35,585 bases of DNA, taken from NCBI GenBank assembly GCA_023131555.1, contig JAGLZJ010000001.1, positions 1 through 35,585 on the forward strand. Reading direction: 5' to 3'. Position 1 is the stretch's first letter; each line of letters starts with the position of its first letter. This stretch comes from Candidatus Bathyarchaeota archaeon (GTDB lineage Archaea > Thermoproteota > Bathyarchaeia > Bathyarchaeales > SOJC01). The position numbers and the translations under genes are program-made. Shown here piece after piece: positions 26,463-35,585 of this stretch. Below the pieces are notes generated by a model, which searched no databases, was not told the origin of the DNA, and saw nothing but the letters and a program-made list of their open reading frames with translations.

Positions 26463-27017
26463 ATGAAAAGACTCATTCTACTTACAGGCCCCCCGAGAAC
26501 AGGTAAGACAACGATCGTCCAAAAGGTCGTCGAGAAACTTACGAAAGAGAACTACAGGCTAGGCGGAATGATCAGCAAAGAGATTCAGACTGACAGAACT
26601 AGACTTGGCTTCGAAATATGTGACATCTTCACAGGTCGAAGAGGGATACTTGCACACGTTCGCCAACCAACGGGACCCAAAATCGGCAAGTATAGAGTCA
26701 ACCTGCGTGATCTTAATTCGATCGGAGTAGCAGCCATATTAGAAGCAGTGGTGAAGGCGGATGCGGTCGCGATTGATGAGATTGGACCAATGGAACTCGT
26801 CTCTGAAGAGTTCGTAGATGCAGTTAGAAAAGTAATTGCTAGTCAGAAGCTTTTAATCGCTACGATCCACTACCGTGTGAATGCCCAAATTGTTGGAGAG
26901 CTGAAATCTGATGAAGAAGCTCACTTGGTGGAAGTTACTTCTAAAAATAGAGAACAGCTTCCCGCACTAATTACTGAAGAGGTTGCTGAACTAATAGACG
27001 CGAAATTAAACTGCTAA
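26463..27017 (+). CDS. Nucleoside-triphosphatase, THEP1/NTPCR family
   Basis: P-loop LLTGPPRTGKTT, Walker B AIDEIGPMEL and a length of 184 aa, typical of the archaeal THEP1 family. Confidence 0.8.
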   Translation: MKRLILLTGPPRTGKTTIVQKVVEKLTKENYRLGGMISKEIQTDRTRLGFEICDIFTGRRGILAHVRQPTGPKIGKYRVNLRDLNSIGVAAILEAVVKADAVAIDEIGPMELVSEEFVDAVRKVIASQKLLIATIHYRVNAQIVGELKSDEEAHLVEVTSKNREQLPALITEEVAELIDAKLNC

Positions 27018-27130
27018 CTAGAGACTAGCCGAGCGCACGAATATGTTAGCGTAGGGCTAACTCTTAATTGAGCCACGGCATATAGAGCAGGTTGTCTGCA
27101 CATTAACAGCCTTCAGGTGGTCTAATCTGG

Positions 27131-27808
27131 TTGCTTTTGCTTGGAGTCGACGAGGCAGGTCGTGGTTGTGTAATAGGGCCATTGATCATTGTCGGGGTAT
27201 TGGTCGACGCAGAAGGGCAGGTGAGACTCTTGGAGATTGGTGTAAGGGACAGCAAACTTCTAACACGGTCTCAAAGAGAAGTCCTTGCTCCAATGATTAG
27301 GGACATTGCTCTTCGAGTCTGCATTGAAGAGGTTTCGCCATCGGATATCGATGAAGTTGTGATGAAAGGTAGGCGATTGCATAAGCTTAACCGGTTAGAG
27401 GCGAGAAGGATGGCGGCTATAGTAGAAGAGTTAAAGCCTGATGTGGCAGTGGTGGATGCAGCTGACGTCCGACCAGAACGCTTCAAACAACACATTATTG
27501 AGAATCTTTCATCACCTCTTGAACTGGTATCGGAGCACAAGGCCGACGAAAATTATCCCGTGGTGTCAGCTGCGTCTATAATCGCCAAGGTGGTGAGGGA
27601 CCGTAAAGTGGATGGACTGAAATCGACCTACGGTGATTTTGGGAGTGGCTACATGGGAGACAGAAGAACGAAGGATTTTCTATTGAACCTTGCAAGAACC
27701 TGCAAGGACTATCCTGATTTTATTAGGCGCTCTTGGAAACCAGCAAGGCTTGCTAAGAGATTAGGTAATACCAAGCAGACTAGATTAGATGAAAAGGCTA
27801 AGTGTTGA
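27131..27808 (+). CDS. rnhB: Ribonuclease HII
   Basis: LGVDEAGRGCVIGPL, DSKLL, VVDAAD and SAASIIAKVVRD. The start is TTG. Confidence 0.9.
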   Translation: MLLLGVDEAGRGCVIGPLIIVGVLVDAEGQVRLLEIGVRDSKLLTRSQREVLAPMIRDIALRVCIEEVSPSDIDEVVMKGRRLHKLNRLEARRMAAIVEELKPDVAVVDAADVRPERFKQHIIENLSSPLELVSEHKADENYPVVSAASIIAKVVRDRKVDGLKSTYGDFGSGYMGDRRTKDFLLNLARTCKDYPDFIRRSWKPARLAKRLGNTKQTRLDEKAKC

Positions 27809-28727
27809 TGTAGGAGAACAGCTGCTGGGGATCGCTGATTTCCGCTAAGTCTCTTTGGTATAGTATGGGAACGCGACCTTCCAAACCTTCTTCATTTGTG
27901 ATCAAAATGGGTTGGGCGCCAATTACTTTGCTTATGTTCACAACATCTTCAGTTCTGGCTTCAAGATCCCGCATTCTTCCATGATGGATAACCACTAAAA
28001 TGGTCAGGTTTCCATCTGGACACTTAGCTACGAAATCGAAAGGCGTTCTCCTCATCGGGAAAACTGCAAAGTTGAGCTGCTTCAGTTTACGTAAAACAAA
28101 CTGAAGAAAACGGTTTTCGCATATGATGCGTCCAGCAGTTGCAAGAAGGCACGTGCCATGGATATTAACGGGTTTGACGATGGGGATTCCTAAAACCCAT
28201 TCTAGCTTGTAAGCGGTCGCTACAGACGCCTTTGCTAAACCTTTCTCGTAACCATAGAGAGTTCGTCGGGAGACTCCTGTGACCTCAGCCATCCGCCCCA
28301 TAGAAAACTCTTTCTCAAGTCGTTTCCTCTTGATTGCTTCTCCGTCGAGTCGAACGTAGTAGCCCCCAGGGCCTGCTTCAACTAGGGGTTCTACATTATG
28401 CAACATCATATTTTGGAAGGTTTCCAAAGTGACTGCGTAAACGCCGTATCTTGAATATACCGTGTCGTCTTCAAGGGGCTTGCTTCTAGAGTTTTCGCAT
28501 ATGAACAATGGGAAGCCACGAAGCGCCTTAGACAAGTTGAGGAGTCCTTTTGCGTCCTTCTCAGAGACACTACTGATGCTATGATATGCTTTTGTGAAGA
28601 TTAACTGTTCATCCCTTCGGGCGGCAAGATCGAAACAGCATGGTTGCAGGCAACATCTGTCTGAATGTTCGAAGCCTGCGTTCCGGAATGTGGATTCAAC
28701 GCGGTCTAAGATTCGCGTTCGTTCCAT
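27798..28727 (-). CDS. Archaeal HTH-type putative transcriptional regulator (COG1395-like, central XRE-type HTH)
   Basis: 309 aa with a central LEKEFSMGRMAEVTGVSRRTLYGYEKGLAKASVATAYKLEWVLG. The size and the position next to flpA/nop5 are typical for this conserved archaeal family. Confidence 0.7.
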   Translation of the reverse strand: MERTRILDRVESTFRNAGFEHSDRCCLQPCCFDLAARRDEQLIFTKAYHSISSVSEKDAKGLLNLSKALRGFPLFICENSRSKPLEDDTVYSRYGVYAVTLETFQNMMLHNVEPLVEAGPGGYYVRLDGEAIKRKRLEKEFSMGRMAEVTGVSRRTLYGYEKGLAKASVATAYKLEWVLGIPIVKPVNIHGTCLLATAGRIICENRFLQFVLRKLKQLNFAVFPMRRTPFDFVAKCPDGNLTILVVIHHGRMRDLEARTEDVVNISKVIGAQPILITNEEGLEGRVPILYQRDLAEISDPQQLFSYINT

Positions 28728-28781
28728 CTCTCCCCAACAACATAGGGAAATGTACAGTTGATGAATAAATGGTTTGCGCCT

Positions 28782-29507
28782 TCAAGTTTGAGGTTGAAGG
28801 GATCGGGGGCCTTTCTTCAGAAGTGAGACGATCATCGCGTGAGCTTTTTCATATGGTTCAAGTGGTTTTATCTCTTTAATGGTGAACCCGCGTCTTTCCA
28901 GCGTTTTTGCTTCCCTTCTGTATATTTCAGATGGTCTTTTTGTGACGTCGATGCTCTGGGACTTAACCGCAAGCATTGACCAGCTACCCTCACGCAGAAA
29001 TAGATCTGCGTTGTCCGCTAATATCTTTGCTTGTTGAGGCTGAGCAACATCACAGTAGATCCCATCAGCATTTTTAACAAATGCAGAGTACTCTTCTGGA
29101 GTACGGGCATCGTTCAAGATCGGAGTTACGTTGCTGCGATAAGTACACACGTTATCGAGGAGCTCCCTCATGGAACGTGGGGCGAAGTCCACGCAGTAAA
29201 CGTGACCTGTCTGATCGACTATGTCAGAGACATGGCTAGCTGTAGTCCCTGATGCTGAACCCAAGTATAGAACCTGCTGTCCCCTCCGAATTGGGATCGA
29301 ATCTAGACCTTTAAGGATTGAGGCAGCGAGTTTACTCCGATAAGGATCCCATACTCGATATTCAACATTGTACTTCCGAATCAAGCGTTCTCCATAGACT
29401 CGTCTACCGGGAGTTAGATTTCGAGTAGCCAGTCTTTGGTTTCCATCCTCTAGTGTGATCCAGTAGACTCCGTGATGTTTCTCATGTTCTTCGACGTTTG
29501 CGGTCAC
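28782..29507 (-). CDS. flpA: Fibrillarin (rRNA/tRNA 2-prime-O-methyltransferase of C/D box sRNP)
   Basis: YRVWDPYRSKLAA, VLYLGSASGTTASHVSD and DVAQPQQAKIL. The GTG start at 29507 overlaps the nop5 3-prime end by 26 nt. Confidence 0.93.
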   Translation of the reverse strand: MTANVEEHEKHHGVYWITLEDGNQRLATRNLTPGRRVYGERLIRKYNVEYRVWDPYRSKLAASILKGLDSIPIRRGQQVLYLGSASGTTASHVSDIVDQTGHVYCVDFAPRSMRELLDNVCTYRSNVTPILNDARTPEEYSAFVKNADGIYCDVAQPQQAKILADNADLFLREGSWSMLAVKSQSIDVTKRPSEIYRREAKTLERRGFTIKEIKPLEPYEKAHAMIVSLLKKGPRSLQPQT

Positions 29508-30720
29508 GTCTTTTTTTTCCTTTTCTTCGGTTAGTCTTCAGCTTCTTTTTCTCTAAGGGTGAAGGCTTTGATGGCTTTCGGTATTTCGTTCTAATCTCGT
29601 CAGCTCTCTTCAGCAACTCCGCTTTCAGGAATTCGCCGATGTATCGTTTGCTGAAGGCATCTGCTCTTGCGGCGATAGCTAGTTTTCCAGCTAAGGCTCG
29701 TGACATCTTGCCACGTTGCCACTTCTTAGAGGCATGGATGAGAGCATCTTGAAATATAACTCCATGTTTTGGAGGCTTCGCTCCTGTCTTCAATGCTCTA
29801 AACAGTGCTTTTTCTGCTCCAAGAACCTGAATTGTGCTGGCAGGCATTTTGGCTAGGTTCATAAGTCCACCAGCTGAAGTGATAAGCCGAGATGCTAGCA
29901 GAGAGCCGACTAGAGCTTGAATGTTCGGAGCAACCTCTTCTACTACTGAATTCGAGTAACCTTCAAGAGACTGTCTGAGAAGAGACAGCTGAATGCACTG
30001 TTTGCACAAATGTTGGATTGTCGCTATGTCATTATCTGCGAAATCAGCGCCCATTGACTTCTGAGCAGCACCACTAATTTGGGTGATTTTAGTTGTTGGT
30101 AGATCTGTCGTCTCCAAGTTCGCTTCAGTGAAATCACGTCTTGAACCAAGGCTCAAGACGAGTTTGGCGTAAGTCTCATGTTTTTCAACGATTCGACTCA
30201 GCTCTGGGAAGTGGAATCCATACCATTCTCGAATTCTGTTCATGAAAAGATTTATTGTTCTATCTAGATCGTCGATACTCAGAATCGCTTGTGCAACCAT
30301 CTGGTCTCGTTTCTCACCAGCCTTCTTTACGCGAAGTTTGCTGAGTTCTATGGAGATTTCGCGCGTCAGCTTGCTGAATTCTTCAGCGTTTGACACAAAT
30401 CCAGTTTCCAGCGCTCGAGTTTCAAGATTTTTCAATGATTCTCGGATGGATGAAGAGCTGGTGACATCTGCCTTCAACTTCAGTTTTTTCTCAACCGCTC
30501 GCGCGATTGACTTACTTTCGAAGGTGAAAGATGTGTAGCCCTTCTTCTTCATTCCCTTAACTAGGGAGAGCAGTTCCTGAACGGCTTTACCGGAAGTGTT
30601 GGATTCAAGATTCCTGGCAATATGCTCAGGATTCTTCTCAAAGAGAACTTTACCAATTAGCTTACCGTTTTCACTGAAGCTGAGGACTCCAATTGGGGAC
30701 ATGATGATAGTTGCCTTCAT
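29482..30720 (-). CDS. nop5: Nop56/58 (Nop5) C/D box sRNP core protein
   Basis: WYGFHFPEL, NLAKMPASTIQVLGAEKALFRALKTG.KPPKHGVIFQ and GKMSRALAGKLAIAARADAF. The tail is strongly basic (KKKLKTNRRKGKKRRDRKRRRT). Confidence 0.92.
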   Translation of the reverse strand: MKATIIMSPIGVLSFSENGKLIGKVLFEKNPEHIARNLESNTSGKAVQELLSLVKGMKKKGYTSFTFESKSIARAVEKKLKLKADVTSSSSIRESLKNLETRALETGFVSNAEEFSKLTREISIELSKLRVKKAGEKRDQMVAQAILSIDDLDRTINLFMNRIREWYGFHFPELSRIVEKHETYAKLVLSLGSRRDFTEANLETTDLPTTKITQISGAAQKSMGADFADNDIATIQHLCKQCIQLSLLRQSLEGYSNSVVEEVAPNIQALVGSLLASRLITSAGGLMNLAKMPASTIQVLGAEKALFRALKTGAKPPKHGVIFQDALIHASKKWQRGKMSRALAGKLAIAARADAFSKRYIGEFLKAELLKRADEIRTKYRKPSKPSPLEKKKLKTNRRKGKKRRDRKRRRT

Positions 30721-30815
30721 TTTCCTCCCAGATGTACGCGTGTAATCCCTTTAACTCAACTCCTTTAAGGTTTATCTCTGCTAATCAATAACATTTATTG
30801 AGCGGGATTAGACTC

Positions 30816-31727
30816 ATGGGGAACATCTTGGAAACGGACCTTGCAGGATTGAAGCTTGATAATCCGACGATGCTTGCTGCAGGCGTATTAGGGTTATCAC
30901 GCAAATCTCTGATGCGGGTAGGCAACGCGGGCGCAGGCGCAGTAGTGTCGAAGTCGCTAGGAATCGAACCTCGCCACGGGTATGAAAACCCGACCTTGGT
31001 TCAGGTTGAAGGCGGTATCCTCAATGCGATGGGGCTGCCTAATCCTGGAATCCGTACTTTCATGCAGGAGATAGCAGAGAGTAGATTAAACGTTCCACTC
31101 ATCGTAAGCCTCTATGCGTTCTCCCCGAGGGAATTCGCAACGGCTGCACACAAAGCCTCGGCAATGGGCGTAGACGGGTTGGAGCTAAACGTCTCCTGCC
31201 CACATACAATTGGGACAGGTCAGGAGATTGGCAGAGATCCTGAGCGGATAAAGAACATCGTAGAGTCAGCAAGAAAGGTGGTGGACGTGCCGTTGTTCGT
31301 CAAGTTGACGCCAAATGTTACAGACATCGTGGAGCTAGCTGAGGCTGCTGAGAGAGCGGGAGCCGATGGAATAACAGCAATCAATACTGTCAAAGCTATG
31401 GCTATAGACATCGAAACTTCGAAGCCAATCCTTTCCAATAGGATAGGAGGCTTATCTGGCTCAGCCATTAGACCAATAGCAGTAAGATGTGTATACGAGA
31501 TCTATCAAGCAGTAAAAATCCCGATCATCGGCTGTGGAGGAGTAGACTCGTGGCAAGCGGCTGTGCAGTTTATCCAAGCAGGAGCCTCTGCTGTTCAAAT
31601 CGGAACAGCCATTGCCACTAAAGGGCTTTCGATCTTCAGGAACGTAAATGAAGGGGTTGAAGGTTTTCTCAATCGAAAAGGTTACGGAAGCGTGAAAGAG
31701 ATTGTTGGGCTATCGCATCGAAGCTAA
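30816..31727 (+). CDS. pyrD: Dihydroorotate dehydrogenase catalytic subunit (class 1B)
   Basis: LKLDNPTMLAAG, LELNVSCPH, INT... and GGLSGSAIRPIAVR. I prefer ATG 30816 over the track TTG at 30798. Confidence 0.9.
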   Translation: MGNILETDLAGLKLDNPTMLAAGVLGLSRKSLMRVGNAGAGAVVSKSLGIEPRHGYENPTLVQVEGGILNAMGLPNPGIRTFMQEIAESRLNVPLIVSLYAFSPREFATAAHKASAMGVDGLELNVSCPHTIGTGQEIGRDPERIKNIVESARKVVDVPLFVKLTPNVTDIVELAEAAERAGADGITAINTVKAMAIDIETSKPILSNRIGGLSGSAIRPIAVRCVYEIYQAVKIPIIGCGGVDSWQAAVQFIQAGASAVQIGTAIATKGLSIFRNVNEGVEGFLNRKGYGSVKEIVGLSHRS

Positions 31728-31731
31728 CGTT

Positions 31732-32532
31732 ATGAGAACAACGCGGATCGAGAAAGTCGATGACGAAAACGAGGTGGTTAAGACACTTCATTTCAGAGAT
31801 CATCTTTGTGCAAATGCGGAGCCAGGTCAGTTTGTCATGGTGTGGCTCCCAGGAGTCGATGAAATCCCTATGAGCATTTCCTCCGCTTACCAGAGCAGAA
31901 TGGCATCGATAACTGTGGGAAGAGTTGGAGAAGCAACTAGAATGCTGCACAAAAAGACAAAAGGAGACTTTATCGGTATCCGAGGACCATTCGGAAACAG
32001 CTTCAGACCAATTGAAGGAAGGGTTTTGGTTGTCGGCGGCGGGACGGGGATCGCGCCATTAGCGTTTCTGCTAGAAAGATTGGTCGCCAGTGCTCAGACA
32101 GTGAAGTGCTTCCTCGGAGCCAAGAATCGACAAGAGCTCCTCTTCCTGTCGAGAATTCGCAGCCTGTTTGCGGGAAGAGCAGAAACAGAAATCGAGACTT
32201 CAACCGAGGACGGAAGCTTCGGACACAAGGGAGTTGTAACAGAACTGGTAGAAGCTACATTGGCTACGCAGACCTTTGACATGATATATGCTTGTGGAAG
32301 AGAATCAATGCTTCTCGAAATCTTCCATCTTGCTCAGAAGTATGAAATTCCACTTCAGGTTAGTTTGGAGAGAATCATGCGGTGTGCAATAGGGTTGTGT
32401 GGAAGCTGCAACATCGGCAAGTACAGAGTCTGTGCTGACGGACCGATCTTCACTCATAAGCAACTCGCGGAAGTAAAAGTCGAATTCGGGTTTCAAAAGA
32501 GAGATTTCGACGGAAGAAGAATATCGAGCTGA
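31732..32532 (+). CDS. pyrK: Dihydroorotate dehydrogenase electron-transfer subunit (FAD / 2Fe-2S)
   Basis: PGQFVMVWLPGVDEIPMSIS, VGGGTGIAP and MRCAIGLCGSCNIGKYRVCADGPIF. ATG 31732 lies 4 nt after the pyrD stop; the track start at 31702 overlaps pyrD. Confidence 0.88.
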   Translation: MRTTRIEKVDDENEVVKTLHFRDHLCANAEPGQFVMVWLPGVDEIPMSISSAYQSRMASITVGRVGEATRMLHKKTKGDFIGIRGPFGNSFRPIEGRVLVVGGGTGIAPLAFLLERLVASAQTVKCFLGAKNRQELLFLSRIRSLFAGRAETEIETSTEDGSFGHKGVVTELVEATLATQTFDMIYACGRESMLLEIFHLAQKYEIPLQVSLERIMRCAIGLCGSCNIGKYRVCADGPIFTHKQLAEVKVEFGFQKRDFDGRRISS

Positions 32533-32634
32533 CGAAGCAGGCGCGCGACCAACGAAGCACATTGTGGATTAATTCACAAAAGTTATATTCAGGAGAGGGT
32601 TTCCTCTGTGGATGGCGGGATGTGTATTTGAAAG

Positions 32635-35585
32635 GTGACCGTCAAATCCCGAGTTGATTCTGCTGACTGGCTTTCCTTAGGTTACCGCCCGCGCGAACTT
32701 GAACAAAATATACGTGACTTCTGGAAGAAAAGCCGAACAGCTGAGAAGCTGGAGAAAACGAGAAGGAAAAACCATAAGGGAATTCAGGGCTACGTAGAGG
32801 GACCGCCGACACTTAATGGTTATCCACATGTAGGTCATCTCCGGGGGAGGGTGATGAAGGACCTGCATTATAGATGGAAGACGATGCAGGGCTACTACAT
32901 TCCTTTCTGGACTGGCTGGGACTGTCAAGGGCTACCTGTAGAGCTGGAAGTAGAACGTCATCTGGGCGTACGGAATAAGAAAGACCTCTTGAAGCGAGTA
33001 GGAGAAGAACGATTCATCGAAGAATGCAAGGCAACGGTGAAGAAGTACTATGAGGCATGGCACGCTGCCGATGTGGCCGCAGGAGTCTTCATAAACGACA
33101 AGAAAGCCTACTGGACATACTTGGATGACTACATAGATAGAGAATGGAAATATCTCAAATCCGCGTGGGACCAGGGATTGTTGGGGGAAGGCTACTACGT
33201 TGTGGCCTATTGTCCTCATTGTCAGACTTCGTTGAGTAACGCGGAAGTTGGGATGAGCTACAAGGATGTTGAAGATCCTTCACTCTACTTCAAGATAAGG
33301 CTTGAAGAATCAAATGAAGAGTACTTCCTAGTCTGGACAACCATGCCATTCACCCTGGTTACGGACTTAATGCTGGCTGTGCACCCTGACGCAGATTACG
33401 TCAAGGCGAAAGTGGGTGATGAGACGTGGATAATGGTTGAACAACGCCTAGAGGACACAATGCGGGAGCTTAAGATAGAAGATTATGCAGTCACTGAGTC
33501 TTTGAAAGGCAAGCAACTTGAAGGCTTGAAGTACGAGTACCCGTTTCTGGATTTAATACCTCAACAACTTGAGCTTGATAAGAATCCCAACGTTCACAGG
33601 GTGGTTTCTGAAAACTTTGTGGACGTTACTACAGCGACCGGAGTCGTTCATCTTGCTCCTGGAAATGGTGAAGAAGACTTCTTCGTTGCCCAAAAGCGCG
33701 AGGTTCCGATATTCGCGCCCTTTGATGATGAAGTGGTCTTCACCGAAGCCGCTGGTGCGTTCGCAGGTCTATTTGCCAGAGACGCTGACAGGATGGTTCT
33801 TGAAGAATTGCGGAAAAGAAAGCTTCTAGCGTCAGTAGAACAGGTCCGCCATGAGTATCCAACCTGTTGGCGCTCAGGACACAAGCTTGTCTGGCTTGCC
33901 CGAAGAGAGTACTACCTGTGGACGAACAGGATCTCAGAGAGAATCGTCGGAGCAGCACAGAAAGTTGAATACTACTTCGATCCCCCGCGAAACCGGTTTC
34001 TGGCGTTTCTGCAAGAAGGAAAACCCTGGTGCGTCTCCAGAGAGAGAATCTGGGGTACCCCCTTACCGATCTGGGTCTGCTCCGAAGCTGAATGCAGACA
34101 AAAGATCCTGATATCCAGCAAAAAGGAGTTACTCACGAAGGCGAAAGAGGTTCCAGAAGGCCATTTCGAGCTTCACAAACCCTGGGTAGATCAAGTGGTG
34201 CTAGAGTGCCCTGAATGTGGAGGCAAAATGCTCCGCGAACCCTTCGTTTTAGACACATGGCATAACAGTGGAGCAGCCCCTTATGCGAGGTTCACAGATG
34301 AAGAATTTGATAGTTACATTCCTGCAGATTTCCTTGTAGAGGCAATCGACCAGACCAGAGGGTGGGCAAATACACTATTGCTTGAACACGTTATACTAAC
34401 CGCCAAACCTGAATCGCCATACAAGGCTTTCTTATTTTATGGTCACGTACTTGACGCAAAAGGACGGAAGATGAGTAAAAGCGTAGGAAACGTATTAGAT
34501 GCCAACGAAACACTAGAAGAATGTTCCGCAGACTTATTCCGATTCTACATCCTCAGAAAATGCGCACCGATAGACTCGATGAGCTTCGACATAAAAGAGC
34601 TCAACAAGAGACCTTACCAAATTCTTAGCACCCTTCTACACCTTTACCGGTTTTTCACACAGAACGCCGAATACGACCACTTCAACCCTAAAATGCACAC
34701 CCTAGTTTCAGCGAAAAAAAACAGGACACTGACGCAACCAGATCAATGGTTACTCTCGAAACTCCAAACTGCAGTAGAAGGCGTTACAGATAGATTTGAG
34801 AAGTGTGAATTCAATCTTGCATTGTCAGAACTGGAAGAGTTTGTCGTCAACTCTCTAAGTCACCACTATGTTCCGATGGTAAGGCCTGAACTTTGGAGTG
34901 ACGACGTTTCAACACATAGTCGAAGACTCACAATCTATGCAACCCTATGGACAGTTCTAAAGACCCTTACCCTTCTCTTCAATCCAATAACACCTTTCCT
35001 GAGCGAAGCAATGCATCTTCACGCCAACAAGATTTTCGAAGGCAAGCACCCCAAATCAATCAACTTTGAAAACTGGCCAACCCCGAACCCAACGCTCAAG
35101 AACCCAGATCTGGAGCGGGATTTCGAAGCACTCTTCAAATACGTTTCTCTAACCTATTCGGCTCGGCAAGCGCTAAAGCTGAAGCGAAGATGGCCATTGG
35201 AGAAAGCGGTTCTGGCGGGACCAAAAGAGGCAAAAGAAGCCGTAAAAAGACTAGAACCGATATTTCTTGAGCGTGCGAACGTCAAAACGGTTGAGTATCT
35301 TTCAGACTCTGAAATCCTCAAGCTGGAAACCGGACACATAGCTTCAGAAGAGAACCTCTCTGTATTCATGGATTCATTTAGAGACAACAATCTGGTGGGA
35401 GAAGGCTTCATGCGTGACCTAGCACGTCGCGTTCAAGCGCTGAGAAAACAGTTGGGATTCTCGCCCACGGAAATCTTAGAGTCGGTTCACCTAACTCAAC
35501 TCGATCCTGAAGCAGTCAGACTGCTGAGTCCCCACTTAGAAAAAATGCTTGAGTTGGTAAGAGCACGAGAGATCGACCTGCAAGC
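32635..35585 (+). CDS. ileS: Isoleucyl-tRNA synthetase, N-terminal roughly 983 codons (runs off the right edge)
   Basis: Not in the track because it is open at the window end. My translation gives ...YRPRELEQNIRDFWKK...EGPPTLNGYPHVGH (HIGH), GWDCQGLPVE, YCPHCQTSLS, TGVVHLAPGNGEEDF, HEYPTCWR, PWCVSRERIWGTPLPIW, DQTRGW, GRKMSKSVGN (KMSKS at 34468) and RRVQALRKQLGF. The first in-frame start after the TGA at 32629 is GTG 32635. Confidence 0.88.
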   Translation, partial: MTVKSRVDSADWLSLGYRPRELEQNIRDFWKKSRTAEKLEKTRRKNHKGIQGYVEGPPTLNGYPHVGHLRGRVMKDLHYRWKTMQGYYIPFWTGWDCQGLPVELEVERHLGVRNKKDLLKRVGEERFIEECKATVKKYYEAWHAADVAAGVFINDKKAYWTYLDDYIDREWKYLKSAWDQGLLGEGYYVVAYCPHCQTSLSNAEVGMSYKDVEDPSLYFKIRLEESNEEYFLVWTTMPFTLVTDLMLAVHPDADYVKAKVGDETWIMVEQRLEDTMRELKIEDYAVTESLKGKQLEGLKYEYPFLDLIPQQLELDKNPNVHRVVSENFVDVTTATGVVHLAPGNGEEDFFVAQKREVPIFAPFDDEVVFTEAAGAFAGLFARDADRMVLEELRKRKLLASVEQVRHEYPTCWRSGHKLVWLARREYYLWTNRISERIVGAAQKVEYYFDPPRNRFLAFLQEGKPWCVSRERIWGTPLPIWVCSEAECRQKILISSKKELLTKAKEVPEGHFELHKPWVDQVVLECPECGGKMLREPFVLDTWHNSGAAPYARFTDEEFDSYIPADFLVEAIDQTRGWANTLLLEHVILTAKPESPYKAFLFYGHVLDAKGRKMSKSVGNVLDANETLEECSADLFRFYILRKCAPIDSMSFDIKELNKRPYQILSTLLHLYRFFTQNAEYDHFNPKMHTLVSAKKNRTLTQPDQWLLSKLQTAVEGVTDRFEKCEFNLALSELEEFVVNSLSHHYVPMVRPELWSDDVSTHSRRLTIYATLWTVLKTLTLLFNPITPFLSEAMHLHANKIFEGKHPKSINFENWPTPNPTLKNPDLERDFEALFKYVSLTYSARQALKLKRRWPLEKAVLAGPKEAKEAVKRLEPIFLERANVKTVEYLSDSEILKLETGHIASEENLSVFMDSFRDNNLVGEGFMRDLARRVQALRKQLGFSPTEILESVHLTQLDPEAVRLLSPHLEKMLELVRAREIDLQ

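Noticed and set aside
27045-27061. A hairpin GTTAGC-GTAGG-GCTAAC lies downstream of the NTPase gene and was considered as a possible terminator or small RNA.
   Set aside because: The stem is only 6 bp. Archaeal termination relies mainly on oligo-T tracts, and there is no adjacent T-run or further structure, so it is not distinguishable from chance.
32677-34111. Track ORFs on both strands inside the ileS region (32677-32928 -, 32932-33219 -, 33569-33829 +, 33648-33884 -, 33851-34111 +, 35154-35411 -).
   Set aside because: The plus-strand frame starting at 32635 is open to the window end and encodes unmistakable IleRS motifs (HIGH, KMSKS). It was missing from the track only because it has no stop codon in the window. 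The listed ORFs are out-of-frame or antisense artefacts.

Overview
This is a dense archaeal chromosomal segment of about 35.6 kb, roughly mid-40s % GC by eye. There are no rRNA genes, CRISPR arrays, transposases or integrases. Most genes are core housekeeping. Pyrimidine synthesis: pyrI/pyrB at the left edge and pyrD/pyrK near the right. Translation: thrS with the archaeal editing domain, proS, ileS (runs off the right edge), eS26 and one tRNA-Leu. RNA modification and processing: trm1, nop5-flpA and rnhB. Others: proteasome beta subunit, NMN adenylyltransferase, class III ribonucleotide reductase, two aminotransferases, an HMG-CoA synthase operon and a CDP-alcohol phosphatidyltransferase. The gene set (eS26, Nop5/fibrillarin, archaeal ThrRS, frequent GTG/TTG starts, GGAG-type ribosome-binding sites) suggests a TACK/Asgard-like archaeon, but I cannot place it more precisely. 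Four things stand out. (1) A 715-aa winged-helix + ATP-cone + NrdD-like protein has lost the finger-loop Cys and the glycyl-radical motif and sits directly upstream of the intact nrdD; it is a candidate nucleotide-sensing regulator built from an RNR scaffold. (2) A thiolase-fold protein in which I cannot find any canonical thiolase catalytic residues is spaced 1 nt from a DUF35-HMG-CoA synthase fusion. (3) tRNA-Leu(CAA) carries a 14-nt insertion in the D-loop (likely a non-canonical intron) and an encoded CCA. (4) Two tandem 14-bp palindromes lie in the divergent promoter region between two Cys-rich HTH regulators. All functional calls come from reading motifs in the supplied translations; no searches were run.
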